From NCBI GenBank assembly GCA_964543485.1, contig CAZIYI010000001.1, positions 1 to 53,009 on the forward strand: 53,009 nt of DNA. Reading direction: 5' to 3'. The position numbers were made by a program, and so were the translations under genes. A model generated the notes under the pieces. The model did not search any database. It saw only the letters and a program-made list of their open reading frames with translations, and was not told the DNA's origin. The stretch's first letter is position 1. Every line of letters begins with the position of its first letter. This DNA is from an uncultured Candidatus Saccharibacteria bacterium (GTDB lineage: Bacteria > Patescibacteriota > Dojkabacteria > SC72). Shown here in pieces: positions 19,136 to 29,629 of this stretch.

Positions 19136-20100
19136 ACATTAAATATATTCCTAAGATATCTTTTAAATCTTTTTGCTAAGGAAACAAAATTCCCTCCTAA
19201 GCATGAATCAATTAAATAGATAAATCTTTTAACATTAAGACCGTAGGTTTTCACTATATCAAGAATTTCTTTTCTTGCTTTTTTGTAATCTCCCTGTGTA
19301 TATGATTTCAAAAAATATAGAGTATCAAGTTCATCTTTGGGAAATATTTCATACATATATTCTCTGTTAACTTCATTATATGAATCTTTTCCTGTTTTAA
19401 GATACTGTTTAGCTAGTTTTTGCATTGTGTGAGAAAACACTATCTGATCAATCAAGTAATCACCATACTCAATATCTCTCTTTGTACTGTAACCAACTAA
19501 GATATTAGGAAGAACATGAATCTTTTTTTTATGAGCAACAATTTGTAGGTATAGATCGTAATCCTGTGCTCTCGGGAATTTATCTCTATAGAAGAACACT
19601 TTTTCATTTCTAAACATTACAGAGGAATGAACAAGAACATTTTTTTCTAAAAGAAGTTGGGTTACATCCACTGGATCTTTTTTCCCCCAAGATATCCCTA
19701 TTCTTTTTCCGCTTTCTTCTAATACATTTGCTCTACTACCAACTAAATATACATTTAGGTTGTTTTCTAAATACTCTAACTCTCTTTCAATTCTATGAGG
19801 GTATGAGATATCATCTGCATCATTTATAGCTACATATTTCCCTTTACTATTTTCTAATGCAATATTTCTACTTAAACATTTACCCAAGTTTTTCTTGTTT
19901 GTAATAACCTTAATTCTTTGATCTTTCCTCTTATATTCCTCTAATATATTCCCTGTCTTATCCTTAGATCCATCATTGACAACAACGATTTCAATATTTG
20001 AATATGTTTGAACAAGAAGAGAATCTAATACCTTTGGTAATGTTTTGGCACCATCTTTAACAGCTAATATTACAGATACTAATGGTCTACTTGGTTTCAT
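19132..20100 (-). CDS. glycosyltransferase family 2
   Basis: 322-aa ORF with GT-A motifs VSVILAVKDGAKTL...IEIVVVNDGSKDKT and DADD. Confidence 0.85.
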   Translation of the reverse strand: MKPSRPLVSVILAVKDGAKTLPKVLDSLLVQTYSNIEIVVVNDGSKDKTGNILEEYKRKDQRIKVITNKKNLGKCLSRNIALENSKGKYVAINDADDISYPHRIERELEYLENNLNVYLVGSRANVLEESGKRIGISWGKKDPVDVTQLLLEKNVLVHSSVMFRNEKVFFYRDKFPRAQDYDLYLQIVAHKKKIHVLPNILVGYSTKRDIEYGDYLIDQIVFSHTMQKLAKQYLKTGKDSYNEVNREYMYEIFPKDELDTLYFLKSYTQGDYKKARKEILDIVKTYGLNVKRFIYLIDSCLGGNFVSLAKRFKRYLRNIFNV

Positions 20101-21367
20101 CAGAGTAACTTTTCAACTTAGAGTAATATGTTAAATACAGAATTACTAATGAGATGAGTTGGATGAAAAAGGTAACCCATACTATACCCATGTATCCATA
20201 CTCCTTAACTACAATGATATTTAATACTACATTTATAACCCCTGATATGAGATTTTGGACTGCCATAATACCTGCATGTCCTGTTGATGTAATGAGTCCA
20301 GAGTTAATTGCTGCACCTGGAATCATTTTGGCATAGGTTAATGATATTGGGAATAGCAAAGCCAAGAGTATTCCATTTGAATACTGCGGAAGGAGAAAAT
20401 CTATACTTATTTTTGTTAAAAACATTGAAACTGGTATAAAGAGTAAACCCAGTAGGGAGAGAAAGAGAAGTATTTTTTTGAATAGGTTACAAATAAACAG
20501 ATATTTCCTCTGATAGAATGATTCAACTACCAAAGGTGCTAATACCTGTCCAAATACTGTTATTGGAATTAAATATACTGTATATATTTTGTTTAACAAT
20601 TCATAGGTAGCAATCTCTTCTAGCATATCGTATTTACCTAGTATTAGGATATTTACTTTAGAAAAAAGATAAAATCCCAAAGATGCCATTCCAAAGGAGA
20701 GAGAGTATCCACCGATATCTTTTAATATCTTCTTATCTAACTTAAACTCATATCCTTTATGTAATATTAAAAGTGAGATTGTATATGTTAAAAAGAATAC
20801 ACTTTGTGATAATATTGCTCCTGCTAGACCGTAAAAGTGAATAAGAAGATATGATACTCCTATACCAATGAATCCATTACACAACGATACTATGGAAAGT
20901 ATTTTAAACTTCTTTAACCCTCTGTATATTCCATCAACCAAAGAAGAAAGTGGTGAGACTACGATTAGTGGTAAGGCAAAAATTATATATTCATAATATT
21001 TTGGAAATAGCTGTTTACCCCAAAGAAGTGTGATTAAAGAGACCAGAATCGATATCCCAAAGATGATCAACCCAGAATTAAACAGTACTCTATTAACCTT
21101 CTCCTTATCTACCGTGTTGTATTGAGTAATGTATTTTGATGTGGCAGTAGATATTCCAAAATCTGAAAATATTACCAACAGAGATAGAGCAGAGAATACA
21201 TAGTTATATATTCCCATATCTTCCTTTGCCAGAAAGAATGTAGCAATGAAAAACATTACAGCGCTTGTTCCCTGTTTACCAAGTACTTGTACTAATCTCC
21301 AAACGAAAAATTTAGAGAACTCTTTATTTTTCTTAAATTTCTGTATAATTAAATCTTTAAGATTCAT
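20087..21367 (-). CDS. wzx: Wzx-type oligosaccharide flippase (MOP superfamily)
   Basis: 426-aa ORF with about 12 TM helices and an N-terminal pattern typical of polysaccharide biosynthesis (Wzx) proteins. It overlaps both neighbouring GT2 genes. Confidence 0.7.
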   Translation of the reverse strand: MNLKDLIIQKFKKNKEFSKFFVWRLVQVLGKQGTSAVMFFIATFFLAKEDMGIYNYVFSALSLLVIFSDFGISTATSKYITQYNTVDKEKVNRVLFNSGLIIFGISILVSLITLLWGKQLFPKYYEYIIFALPLIVVSPLSSLVDGIYRGLKKFKILSIVSLCNGFIGIGVSYLLIHFYGLAGAILSQSVFFLTYTISLLILHKGYEFKLDKKILKDIGGYSLSFGMASLGFYLFSKVNILILGKYDMLEEIATYELLNKIYTVYLIPITVFGQVLAPLVVESFYQRKYLFICNLFKKILLFLSLLGLLFIPVSMFLTKISIDFLLPQYSNGILLALLFPISLTYAKMIPGAAINSGLITSTGHAGIMAVQNLISGVINVVLNIIVVKEYGYMGIVWVTFFIQLISLVILYLTYYSKLKSYSDETK

Positions 21368-22349
21368 AATCAGGTTGTTTTAAACTCAGTATATATTTAT
21401 CTGATACTTCTCTATGAGATTGTACTCCTTTTCTTTTCTTTAATGTGTCTGATATATCCCTAAGAAAGAGAATCTTAGAGTATATGAATGAGAAGAATAT
21501 ACCGATATATCGTAATGTAAATGAATGATATATTGCTTCTATAAATGCTTTAAAGGTAAATAAGGGAAGCATATATATTACTGTTGATATTTCAAAATTT
21601 TTTAATATTGCCTTTGCTTTACCACTGTAATATGTTCTTTCATTTAAAGCATATCTGTATTTATCTTTTCTCTTACTTAGTCCTAAATGAACAATATACT
21701 CTTGGTTGTACAGATAGTTCTTGTATCCATATATATTTGCTCTTGTAGATATATCATCATCATCTAGGTTAAACTTTTGAGACTCATCAAAGCCACCTAG
21801 TTCATTCCAGATATCCTTTTTAATATACATAGCTCCCCCTTGGTTAATTGCTATCTCTATTGGTTTACCATATTCAATTATTTTACTGTAGTGTATTTTT
21901 CTCTTTTTCTTTTTAATACCAAATGGATAGTAGTATGTACCGTATGTAGCTGTAAGTCCTGTACCTAGTTCTTCTTTATCCAAAAAGAATGGCATAAGGA
22001 ATGCTGGGTTATCTAGGGTATTGTAATATTCAGATATATTAGTAAGGAAATTAGGATTTTCTATTAACATATCATCATCCAGAAGTAAGAGATATTCTCC
22101 GCTAGCTTGTTGTACACCTATATTTTTAGCGATACTTATTCCTAAGTTTTTACCATTTTCAATGAGTTTGATACTTTTCTCTTTATTCTTTTCTATCTGT
22201 TCTTTAATGTAATCAATAGTTCCATCTGTAGAACCATTATCTACATATATATACTCTATATCTTTGTATTTTTGTTTTAGTAATACTGGAAGAGTTTGTT
22301 TAATATATGTTAAACTATTCCAGGTTATTATAATTAGAGTTATTTTCAC
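21357..22349 (-). CDS. glycosyltransferase family 2
   Basis: 330-aa ORF with motif ITLIIITWNSLTYIKQTL...YIYVDNGSTDGT and LLLDDD. The start codon is GTG (reverse complement of CAC at 22347-22349). Confidence 0.85.
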   Translation of the reverse strand: MKITLIIITWNSLTYIKQTLPVLLKQKYKDIEYIYVDNGSTDGTIDYIKEQIEKNKEKSIKLIENGKNLGISIAKNIGVQQASGEYLLLLDDDMLIENPNFLTNISEYYNTLDNPAFLMPFFLDKEELGTGLTATYGTYYYPFGIKKKKRKIHYSKIIEYGKPIEIAINQGGAMYIKKDIWNELGGFDESQKFNLDDDDISTRANIYGYKNYLYNQEYIVHLGLSKRKDKYRYALNERTYYSGKAKAILKNFEISTVIYMLPLFTFKAFIEAIYHSFTLRYIGIFFSFIYSKILFLRDISDTLKKRKGVQSHREVSDKYILSLKQPDYES

Positions 22350-22360
22350 TTATTAAAATA

Positions 22361-24550
22361 ATGAATATTATTAGTCAGAGTATATCGCAAATATTAGCTA
22401 AAACACAAAGGGCTATTAGAGAGAAGAATTGGGGAGATTTAATTGATGTTATAATTATTTTTCTATTTATTTCTTCAATAGCTTTTATTCTATCATACAA
22501 AGGTCTAAGACTATTCGAAACCTTTGTTTTTCATTCAACAAAATTTCTTCTTCCAGATAATATTAAAAACTCCTTACCACAAATATTCTTTTTTGTAGTT
22601 TTATTCCTTGGAATGGCTAAATGGGTTCTGAATATTAAAGGAAATAGAAAAATTCAAAGCTTCCGCGATCCAGAACCAGCAAGGTATGGGATAAAAATTG
22701 GAAAATACAATTTAAGCATATCTAAACAATCCTTTTCTTTTCTCCTGTTAATTCTTATCTTTTTTGTATTTACAATAATAAAGATTCCTGCCTGGGACAC
22801 CTCTTTCACAGTTAATCACCCAATGAAATACAACACCTATGTTGAACCTGCGTTAAATATGCTGGAACAGAATGACCCGTTTTTTTTACAAAGAAAATAT
22901 ATGAACAACCCATTAACAAATTCTAAGGGACTTGGACTTTCTTTTGGGAATTTGCCTGCATTGGAATGGTTTCTTTTTACTAGTTTTAAGATATTTGAAA
23001 AAATTTTACCATTTGAGATAACTACTAGATTAGCCATGAATTTCCTAGGCATATTTACTCTTACGTCCTTTTACATGTTAATTAAAAAAATCTTTCACAG
23101 AAAAGTATCTCTAATAGCGACTTTTTTATTTGCAATAAATCCCATTTTTAATCTTGCATCATTTGTAACTGTCTATGATACTCTAACACTTGGGCTTTCT
23201 TTCATATCTTTTAATTTCCTATTTAAATTTTTTAAAGAAGAAAAACCTCAACTGTTTTTTATCTCAGCTCTTATACTTGGTACAGCTGCTTCAATAAAGG
23301 AGAATATAGCAATTTGGGCTTTACCTATCATAGCGGTTCTTTTAATTGCACAATCTAAATATTTATTCAAAGATGTTATAAAGAAAATATCGATATATCT
23401 TATTTATCTAGTAATTCCATATCTTACTACTATTCTAAGTGTTTCTTATTTTCCAGAGAAGAAAATCCTCCATTTTGTATTATTCTTGGTCTTTTTAGCC
23501 GTGACTATACTAGTATATTCTAAAATATTAACAGTTCAGGATTTCTTAGAGAGAATCTTTGAAAAGTTTATATCCTTTATTTGTAAGTATAAGTATCTAT
23601 TATTATTAATTCTTCCTCTTTTCATTTTTATAATAAAAATGATTTACTCTACTGAACTAGCAGAAGAATTTTTAACCGATGAAAGATTAATTTTAAATAT
23701 TGATTTATATTTAAGATTAATATACATACAACTTATTCCCTACTCAACCATTTTCCTCTTTCTTTCTGCTTCAATATCTGTATTTCTCTTAATCTTTTAC
23801 GAGAATGCTCCAAAGAAAAACTTTTTTATATTGGCAATGTTAATTGGAAGTATTGTGTATGTTATAGTAGCTTCAAAAGTTCTTTTCTTTCATAGTTATT
23901 ATTGGATCCCAATTCTTTCCCTAGTTGTACTGTTAGCTTCATGGGGGATATCATTCTTGGCAAATTTATTCGAGTCAAAAGAAATACGTCTACTATTTAT
24001 GTTCTTAATACTTATGGGAATGTTTATACCTATGACTTGGTTGACCAGCGGGAAATTAAACAGAGAAAATACTGCTATTTACAGCTTGATCGGATATTTT
24101 AATGGCTTAGATTTAGATGAAGAAACAACTTTCATAGATCAATCAAGCTTAACATATCTCACTCTTAAAACTGATTTATATCGATTGTATGACACTAAAG
24201 TTTTCGCGAATCCAATATTCAAAGAAAGTGTGAGAGATATTGGTTTCACATCGACGATGCACAAATACAAAATTGAGTACCTAATTACAGAAAATATAAA
24301 TGGCCCAGATTACACCATATTCGCTAATTCTTTTTCAATTAGTGAGTTACAAAGCACCTCATATAGAAGAACTGATCAAATCTATCAAGAACTTTATCCT
24401 GGCAAATTTTCTTACTATACAGATGGTAAATTAAGAGATCAAATTCTTTATTTAAATAGCATTGCTAAACAGTTTAAACTGATTTATAAAGCCGGGAATT
24501 ATAGAGTATACAGAGTATTACCCGCCTCCTTTAATACCGTTATATTTTAG
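22361..24550 (+). CDS. large polytopic membrane protein, probable GT-C fold glycosyltransferase (PMT_2/ArnT-like)
   Basis: 729-aa ORF with about 15 hydrophobic helices. The loop motif NHPMKYNTYVEPALNMLEQNDPFF resembles the H-x-x-R/K...A loop of GT39-like proteins. There is a soluble C-terminal ~170 aa. A Wzy/ligase-like role cannot be excluded. Confidence 0.45.
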   Translation: MNIISQSISQILAKTQRAIREKNWGDLIDVIIIFLFISSIAFILSYKGLRLFETFVFHSTKFLLPDNIKNSLPQIFFFVVLFLGMAKWVLNIKGNRKIQSFRDPEPARYGIKIGKYNLSISKQSFSFLLLILIFFVFTIIKIPAWDTSFTVNHPMKYNTYVEPALNMLEQNDPFFLQRKYMNNPLTNSKGLGLSFGNLPALEWFLFTSFKIFEKILPFEITTRLAMNFLGIFTLTSFYMLIKKIFHRKVSLIATFLFAINPIFNLASFVTVYDTLTLGLSFISFNFLFKFFKEEKPQLFFISALILGTAASIKENIAIWALPIIAVLLIAQSKYLFKDVIKKISIYLIYLVIPYLTTILSVSYFPEKKILHFVLFLVFLAVTILVYSKILTVQDFLERIFEKFISFICKYKYLLLLILPLFIFIIKMIYSTELAEEFLTDERLILNIDLYLRLIYIQLIPYSTIFLFLSASISVFLLIFYENAPKKNFFILAMLIGSIVYVIVASKVLFFHSYYWIPILSLVVLLASWGISFLANLFESKEIRLLFMFLILMGMFIPMTWLTSGKLNRENTAIYSLIGYFNGLDLDEETTFIDQSSLTYLTLKTDLYRLYDTKVFANPIFKESVRDIGFTSTMHKYKIEYLITENINGPDYTIFANSFSISELQSTSYRRTDQIYQELYPGKFSYYTDGKLRDQILYLNSIAKQFKLIYKAGNYRVYRVLPASFNTVIF

Positions 24551-25709
24551 TTTCAAAAAGTGATATATACTTTTTCGCTACAGGTTCTATAGGGAATATA
24601 ATATCTTGTTTCATCTTATTCGTTAAACAGTATATTATACCTTCTCTAAACGAATAAACATTGTCAAGCTTTGCGAGATATCCATTTTTTTTATGACTAA
24701 TCATTTCCGGTATTCCACCTGTTCTAAAAGCAACTACTGGTGTTGAACAAGAGAGTGCCTCCATAACTACAAATGGATAATTTTCGTAAAAAGAGGGTAC
24801 TAAAACAACATCTGCAATTGATAGTAATTCGACCATTTTATATTCCCCAATATACCCAAAATGTTTATTAAAGATTTCCTCAGACCCTTTTAAATTAACA
24901 AATGGGTCTGAAGAGCCGAAAGATAATAATCCAATATTATTTTCAACAAAAAAATCCTTCAAAGATTTGAGTACCTTTATTAACATCTCTCCCCCTTTAA
25001 CCTTACTCTCTATTATATTCACTGCCCCAAAAAGAATATACTTTCTATTTATATCTAATCCAAGCTTCTTTGAAACAATATTTCTATCGATTTTTTTAAA
25101 TATATTAGTATTTATCCCATTATTAATTACTTTAAAATCTAAATTTTTAGAAATATCATATTTTTGATACTCTTTGAATAAGAAATTACTTGGAGAAACA
25201 AATGTAATATTTGAATTACTCAAAAATATTTTTCGAATAGAAGAGCTTATATTAGATAAACATTCAATAGTTTTTCTCTTCTTCGGAAAAAATGAACCCC
25301 CACTAAATGGACTACAATCATGAGTTGTCCAGATAACTGGAATTCTTTTTGATACTCGACATATCTCCGAAAACGATACAAATCCTTTCCATGTCCAATG
25401 TACATTTATTACATCAGGTCGGAACTCTTTTAAAATGCTATTTAAGTTTTCTCCAAATAGACCTAATGTGAAATTCGCATCTTTATCAAACCCACTTAGT
25501 ATATACCCTGGTATGAAATCTAAAAAATGATATATCTTTGAAAAAATTCTTGGGGAAGAAGATTCTTTAATAAAAGTATCTTTTTGTTTTTTATCTCTAA
25601 CATATAAACATACCTGATGACCTTGATTAATAAACTCTTTAGAAAAACGATATGCCGCTTTCGCAGCCCCTCCTCTACTGTCATGTGTACTAATTACTAG
25701 AATTCTCAT
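24540..25709 (-). CDS. glycosyltransferase family 4
   Basis: 389-aa ORF with N-terminal MRILVISTHDSRGGAAKAA and the C-terminal signature ENYPFVVMEALSCSTPVVAFRTGGIPEMI. Confidence 0.85.
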   Translation of the reverse strand: MRILVISTHDSRGGAAKAAYRFSKEFINQGHQVCLYVRDKKQKDTFIKESSSPRIFSKIYHFLDFIPGYILSGFDKDANFTLGLFGENLNSILKEFRPDVINVHWTWKGFVSFSEICRVSKRIPVIWTTHDCSPFSGGSFFPKKRKTIECLSNISSSIRKIFLSNSNITFVSPSNFLFKEYQKYDISKNLDFKVINNGINTNIFKKIDRNIVSKKLGLDINRKYILFGAVNIIESKVKGGEMLIKVLKSLKDFFVENNIGLLSFGSSDPFVNLKGSEEIFNKHFGYIGEYKMVELLSIADVVLVPSFYENYPFVVMEALSCSTPVVAFRTGGIPEMISHKKNGYLAKLDNVYSFREGIIYCLTNKMKQDIIFPIEPVAKKYISLFETKI

Positions 25710-26625
25710 TTAATTTGTCTTTCAGTTTATAATAAAATTTTCTCACATAATATTTAATGTTTTTAGAATATACCCTTCGGAAATTTCTTAATATTTCTTT
25801 GTTTATTACTATCTCTTGTGGGAATTTAATATCTTTTTTTGTATTTAATACTGGATTCGAATATAAATCTTTATTTGAAGATTTGCTATGAACTCCGGAA
25901 TTATCATTACCTATATTGTCAACAAAGGAGATTACTGGAAAAATACAGTACCAGTTGTTTTTATAGAAATTATATGCCCACCTAACAGCCCATGAATCAA
26001 CCTTTCCTTTTTTTTGAGCGTCTAACATTTGACTCAAATCAGAGCCACCTCTATTAAATTTTAATCTTTCTATTAGATTAAATTTGAATTTCTTATAATC
26101 CCTTATCTCCCAATCAACATGTACCCAACGATCTTGCCATGTTGCCCAGCCCCATGACGACGGCCTTACCGAAAGGTAGATATCTTCGGGGTATGATCTA
26201 GGTATCTCCATAGTCTTGGAAGAGAAAGAAAATCCCGATATTGAGCCAATCTTTTTGCTGTTTTTATAATATCGCAGAGCATCATTCATGTATCTTAGAA
26301 ATGCTTTTGATGTAACAATATCATCTTCAAGGACAATGATTGAGTCATATTTACTTAAAATTTCCGTTACTCCAGCTAAGATAGATTTCGCGAGTCCAAG
26401 GTTCTTCTCTCTTCTTATCACTTTAACACTTGCGAACCCAACTATACTTCCTATGTATCTTCTTACCTCTTGAACACTCACTTTTTGATCGGCATTCCGA
26501 GAAGCATCTGAAAATATGAATAATTCTGTATTCTTGGCCAATTCATTTTTCCTTAAAGCATCTACAGTCTTTCTTGTATGCTCTAGTCTGTTATAAACAA
26601 ATAATGCAACAGGCACATATGACAT
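25690..26625 (-). CDS. putative GT-A fold glycosyltransferase (GNT-I/GT2-like)
   Basis: 311-aa ORF with a Rossmann-like start (VPVALFVYNRLEHTRKTVDAL...LFIFSDA) and the acidic motif IVLEDDI. Confidence 0.5.
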   Translation of the reverse strand: MSYVPVALFVYNRLEHTRKTVDALRKNELAKNTELFIFSDASRNADQKVSVQEVRRYIGSIVGFASVKVIRREKNLGLAKSILAGVTEILSKYDSIIVLEDDIVTSKAFLRYMNDALRYYKNSKKIGSISGFSFSSKTMEIPRSYPEDIYLSVRPSSWGWATWQDRWVHVDWEIRDYKKFKFNLIERLKFNRGGSDLSQMLDAQKKGKVDSWAVRWAYNFYKNNWYCIFPVISFVDNIGNDNSGVHSKSSNKDLYSNPVLNTKKDIKFPQEIVINKEILRNFRRVYSKNIKYYVRKFYYKLKDKLNENSSN

Positions 26626-26634
26626 TTTTAGATA

Positions 26635-27498
26635 TTATCTAAAATTAAAATTTACAAGATGAGCAAACGAAGGAGAAATCCCAATTGGGAATTCTACTTC
26701 GCTTTTAAAACCAATCCAATATTTCGGTGCATATAAAAAATTCTCTTTCCCCAAGTATCCTCCCCACCAAGCGAAAGTGCTATTTGACATTATACCTCCA
26801 TCACATAATGTCATTATTGCGAAATCTATTTCCATAGTATTCTCAGATATTACTTTATTTTTTAAATATTTAAAGTGTTTCTTGATATAGTCCGGATCAT
26901 CGGATAAAAAAATGAATAAAACATTCCGATTCCCTTTGTTTACAAGACTAATAGCTTTCTTATAATAATTGAGGGGCAAAGTTGCATCAATTACTCCAAA
27001 AACCTTATGAGATAAATAATCCTTTCTTCTAAGATGAATAAATATTTTTTTGCTAGATTTATCCAACTCGTTAATAAATTTAATTCCCTTATCAAGTATC
27101 TCTTTTTTTATCTTTAAATCACCCTTTAAAGATTTATTAAAATATTTCTCAGATTGAAAATATCCAGGATAAATATATAGAATCTTGAATAATCCCTTTT
27201 TAATTACATACGAACCATTCTCACAATTAGAATTTTTAACTCGATCTGTTAGAGAATAACAGGATGACACTAATCTTAAAATTGCAAGAAATTTGAAGAG
27301 TCTGTTACCAATTATCAACAAAATGTTTTGCACAAATTTTGAATTACAATTCGAAATATTCTCTTGAATAGAAAAAACTTCTAAAAAATCTTTGAAATTA
27401 CATGTGTAAATTCTTTCGTTTCTTTTAATAAAATTTTTTATAAATGCATATTGAAATAATTGATTTCCCAATCGCCCTTCTCCCCAAAATATTATCAT
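26635..27498 (-). CDS. alpha-1,2-fucosyltransferase (GT11)
   Basis: 287-aa ORF with three GT11 signature motifs: GRLGNQLFQYAF, IHLRRKDY, and SNSTFAWWGGYL. Confidence 0.8.
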   Translation of the reverse strand: MIIFWGEGRLGNQLFQYAFIKNFIKRNERIYTCNFKDFLEVFSIQENISNCNSKFVQNILLIIGNRLFKFLAILRLVSSCYSLTDRVKNSNCENGSYVIKKGLFKILYIYPGYFQSEKYFNKSLKGDLKIKKEILDKGIKFINELDKSSKKIFIHLRRKDYLSHKVFGVIDATLPLNYYKKAISLVNKGNRNVLFIFLSDDPDYIKKHFKYLKNKVISENTMEIDFAIMTLCDGGIMSNSTFAWWGGYLGKENFLYAPKYWIGFKSEVEFPIGISPSFAHLVNFNFR

Positions 27499-27511
27499 AT
27501 ATTATTTTAAT

Positions 27512-28276
27512 TTATTTTATTTTTTTCATAAAGAAACAACCTGTTCCCAATTGCTCTTTGTAGGTTGATTCTATTTTATCATTATAAATATACATTTCAT
27601 CGATTAATTTAAAATCAGAAAACAAACTAATAATATAATCTCTTGTAAAAGTCCGATTAGCATTAAACAATATTTTATTTTGATTAGAAACAGGGACACT
27701 GAAAATTATATGCCCATTTTTCTTTATTACTCTTTTAAGTTCTTTAATGGCCTTTTCGCTTCCCCAAGAATCTATTTCATCACCATATCTTCCTAATCCA
27801 ATATGTTCTATAACACATATACTTGAAATCGACTCTACTGAATTATCCTTAAAGGGAAGTTCTAATATACTACCTTTTTTAAAATTTAATCCTTTGAGAT
27901 TTAAGCTTAATGGTCGAATATCTATCATTGTTGTTTCAACAAACTGAGAAATTAGACCTATTGTTTTTGCGTTGCTTCCTACATCAACATGTTTCTTGGG
28001 TTTTAATTCAAAAATTTTTTTTGCGGCCCATGTATCTTGAAAAAAATAAACAGAATCCAAGGGTGTACTTTCTGTTTTATCTTGAAGACAGGGATAAAGG
28101 TAACCCATTAGAAAATTGTTGTTTTTATTCAATTGTTTAAATCTTAATAGATCTTTTAAATAGGATGAAATATTGATAACAAATTTAAATATTTTAAACC
28201 GGAAATAAAATCTAGATGCTTGATAAATTCTATATAAAGAAATAATGAAAATATTGTTTTTTAAGTTACTTATCAT
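27512..28276 (-). CDS. putative SAM-dependent methyltransferase (Methyltransf_11/DUF268-like)
   Basis: 254-aa ORF with HVDVGSNAKTIG (motif I-like) and SISSICVIEHIGLGRYGD...LKRVIKKNGHIIFSVP. Confidence 0.5.
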   Translation of the reverse strand: MISNLKNNIFIISLYRIYQASRFYFRFKIFKFVINISSYLKDLLRFKQLNKNNNFLMGYLYPCLQDKTESTPLDSVYFFQDTWAAKKIFELKPKKHVDVGSNAKTIGLISQFVETTMIDIRPLSLNLKGLNFKKGSILELPFKDNSVESISSICVIEHIGLGRYGDEIDSWGSEKAIKELKRVIKKNGHIIFSVPVSNQNKILFNANRTFTRDYIISLFSDFKLIDEMYIYNDKIESTYKEQLGTGCFFMKKIK

Positions 28277-28279
28277 TAA

Positions 28280-29629
28280 TTACAGCTTTAATAAATTAAA
28301 AAATGTAAACATACTTTTTATCATCACTAAAGCATTTCTTCTAGTTTTAGGATAAATCAAATCTATAAGGAATATAGTGACAAAGTAAGATGCACAGAAT
28401 GCTATAATTGCGCCTAAACTTTGATATTTAGGTATTAAGACCAGATTTAAAATGATATCAAGAATAGTTCCAATTAAAGTTGTCCAAAATGAATATTTGA
28501 GAAGATTCTCATGTATCAGATAAACTCCACGAGCTGTACCATAATGGGTAAATAGTAATCTAAGAAGCATCCCAGGCAACAAAATTGCAACATAGCTATA
28601 ATCCCTACCATACAAAATATTAACTAAAGGGTCTTTTAACAGAAAAATTGGTAATGCAATAGAAATAAATGTTAACATCATCAGTTGATACAGTGCCTGC
28701 ATCCGTTTCATATACTTTTCATTAGAAAAATTTTTAGCAGCTGTTATTGAAGGAAAGAGGGAATTTCTTAATATGATAGATAAAAAAGCAAAAGAGGAAA
28801 CAATTTTTAATGTCGCACCATAATATCCAAGTTCGCTAGGATTAACCAAATTCTTAAGCATTACCTGATCTAAATTGGCTTGGATTGTTGCTACCACTCC
28901 ACCTAAAAACAAAGGCAGACTGGTAACTATAAGTGTTTTCATAATTTTAAAATCCACTTTAAAATTTTTAATAGGAATTTCCCCAAATTTCTTATAAAAG
29001 ACGAATAAAAATATTGAAGCAAGAGCGAAATCAAGTGAATACATTAAAATAAAAGCAATAAGAGGAGCTTGGGTTAAAATAAGTATTACTTTCAATAATG
29101 ATATTATTAAAAAGGATATAGATCTTGCAAATACGGAATATTGTGATTTTATTTGAGATTTGAACCATAAATCCATTACATCTGAAGATTTAAAAATATA
29201 ACCTACTGCAAGAATAGAAATCATAAATGCAATGGATAAATTTCCACCTTCTATGATTAAAATACTTAGAATTGAAATCATAAGCATAAGCAATGACCCT
29301 AAGAATTTGAGAAACAATGTTGACCCTAAATATTTTGAACGTTTTTCTGGGTGTGATATAAAAGCTTTAACCACAATATCATCTAAACCAAGAGTGGAAA
29401 ATGCTATAAATAAGGATATAAATGCAATCGCATATGTCATAAATCCAAATTCTTCTGGCCCTAAATATCTTGCTATCCAGGCAAATATAAAAAAATTCAA
29501 ACCATTTCTAAGGATATTCTCAAACGTCAACCAATTAATATTGCCAATAATATTTTTAAACTCAGAATTATTTTCTACTTTTACACGGATATTTTTGGGT
29601 AATATTTTTATAACTTTACTTGTAATCAT
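28280..29629 (-). CDS. wzx: Wzx-type oligosaccharide flippase (second copy)
   Basis: 449-aa ORF with about 12 TM helices and the typical Wzx N-terminus (FIFAWIARYLGPEEFGFMTYAIAF). Confidence 0.8.
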   Translation of the reverse strand: MITSKVIKILPKNIRVKVENNSEFKNIIGNINWLTFENILRNGLNFFIFAWIARYLGPEEFGFMTYAIAFISLFIAFSTLGLDDIVVKAFISHPEKRSKYLGSTLFLKFLGSLLMLMISILSILIIEGGNLSIAFMISILAVGYIFKSSDVMDLWFKSQIKSQYSVFARSISFLIISLLKVILILTQAPLIAFILMYSLDFALASIFLFVFYKKFGEIPIKNFKVDFKIMKTLIVTSLPLFLGGVVATIQANLDQVMLKNLVNPSELGYYGATLKIVSSFAFLSIILRNSLFPSITAAKNFSNEKYMKRMQALYQLMMLTFISIALPIFLLKDPLVNILYGRDYSYVAILLPGMLLRLLFTHYGTARGVYLIHENLLKYSFWTTLIGTILDIILNLVLIPKYQSLGAIIAFCASYFVTIFLIDLIYPKTRRNALVMIKSMFTFFNLLKL

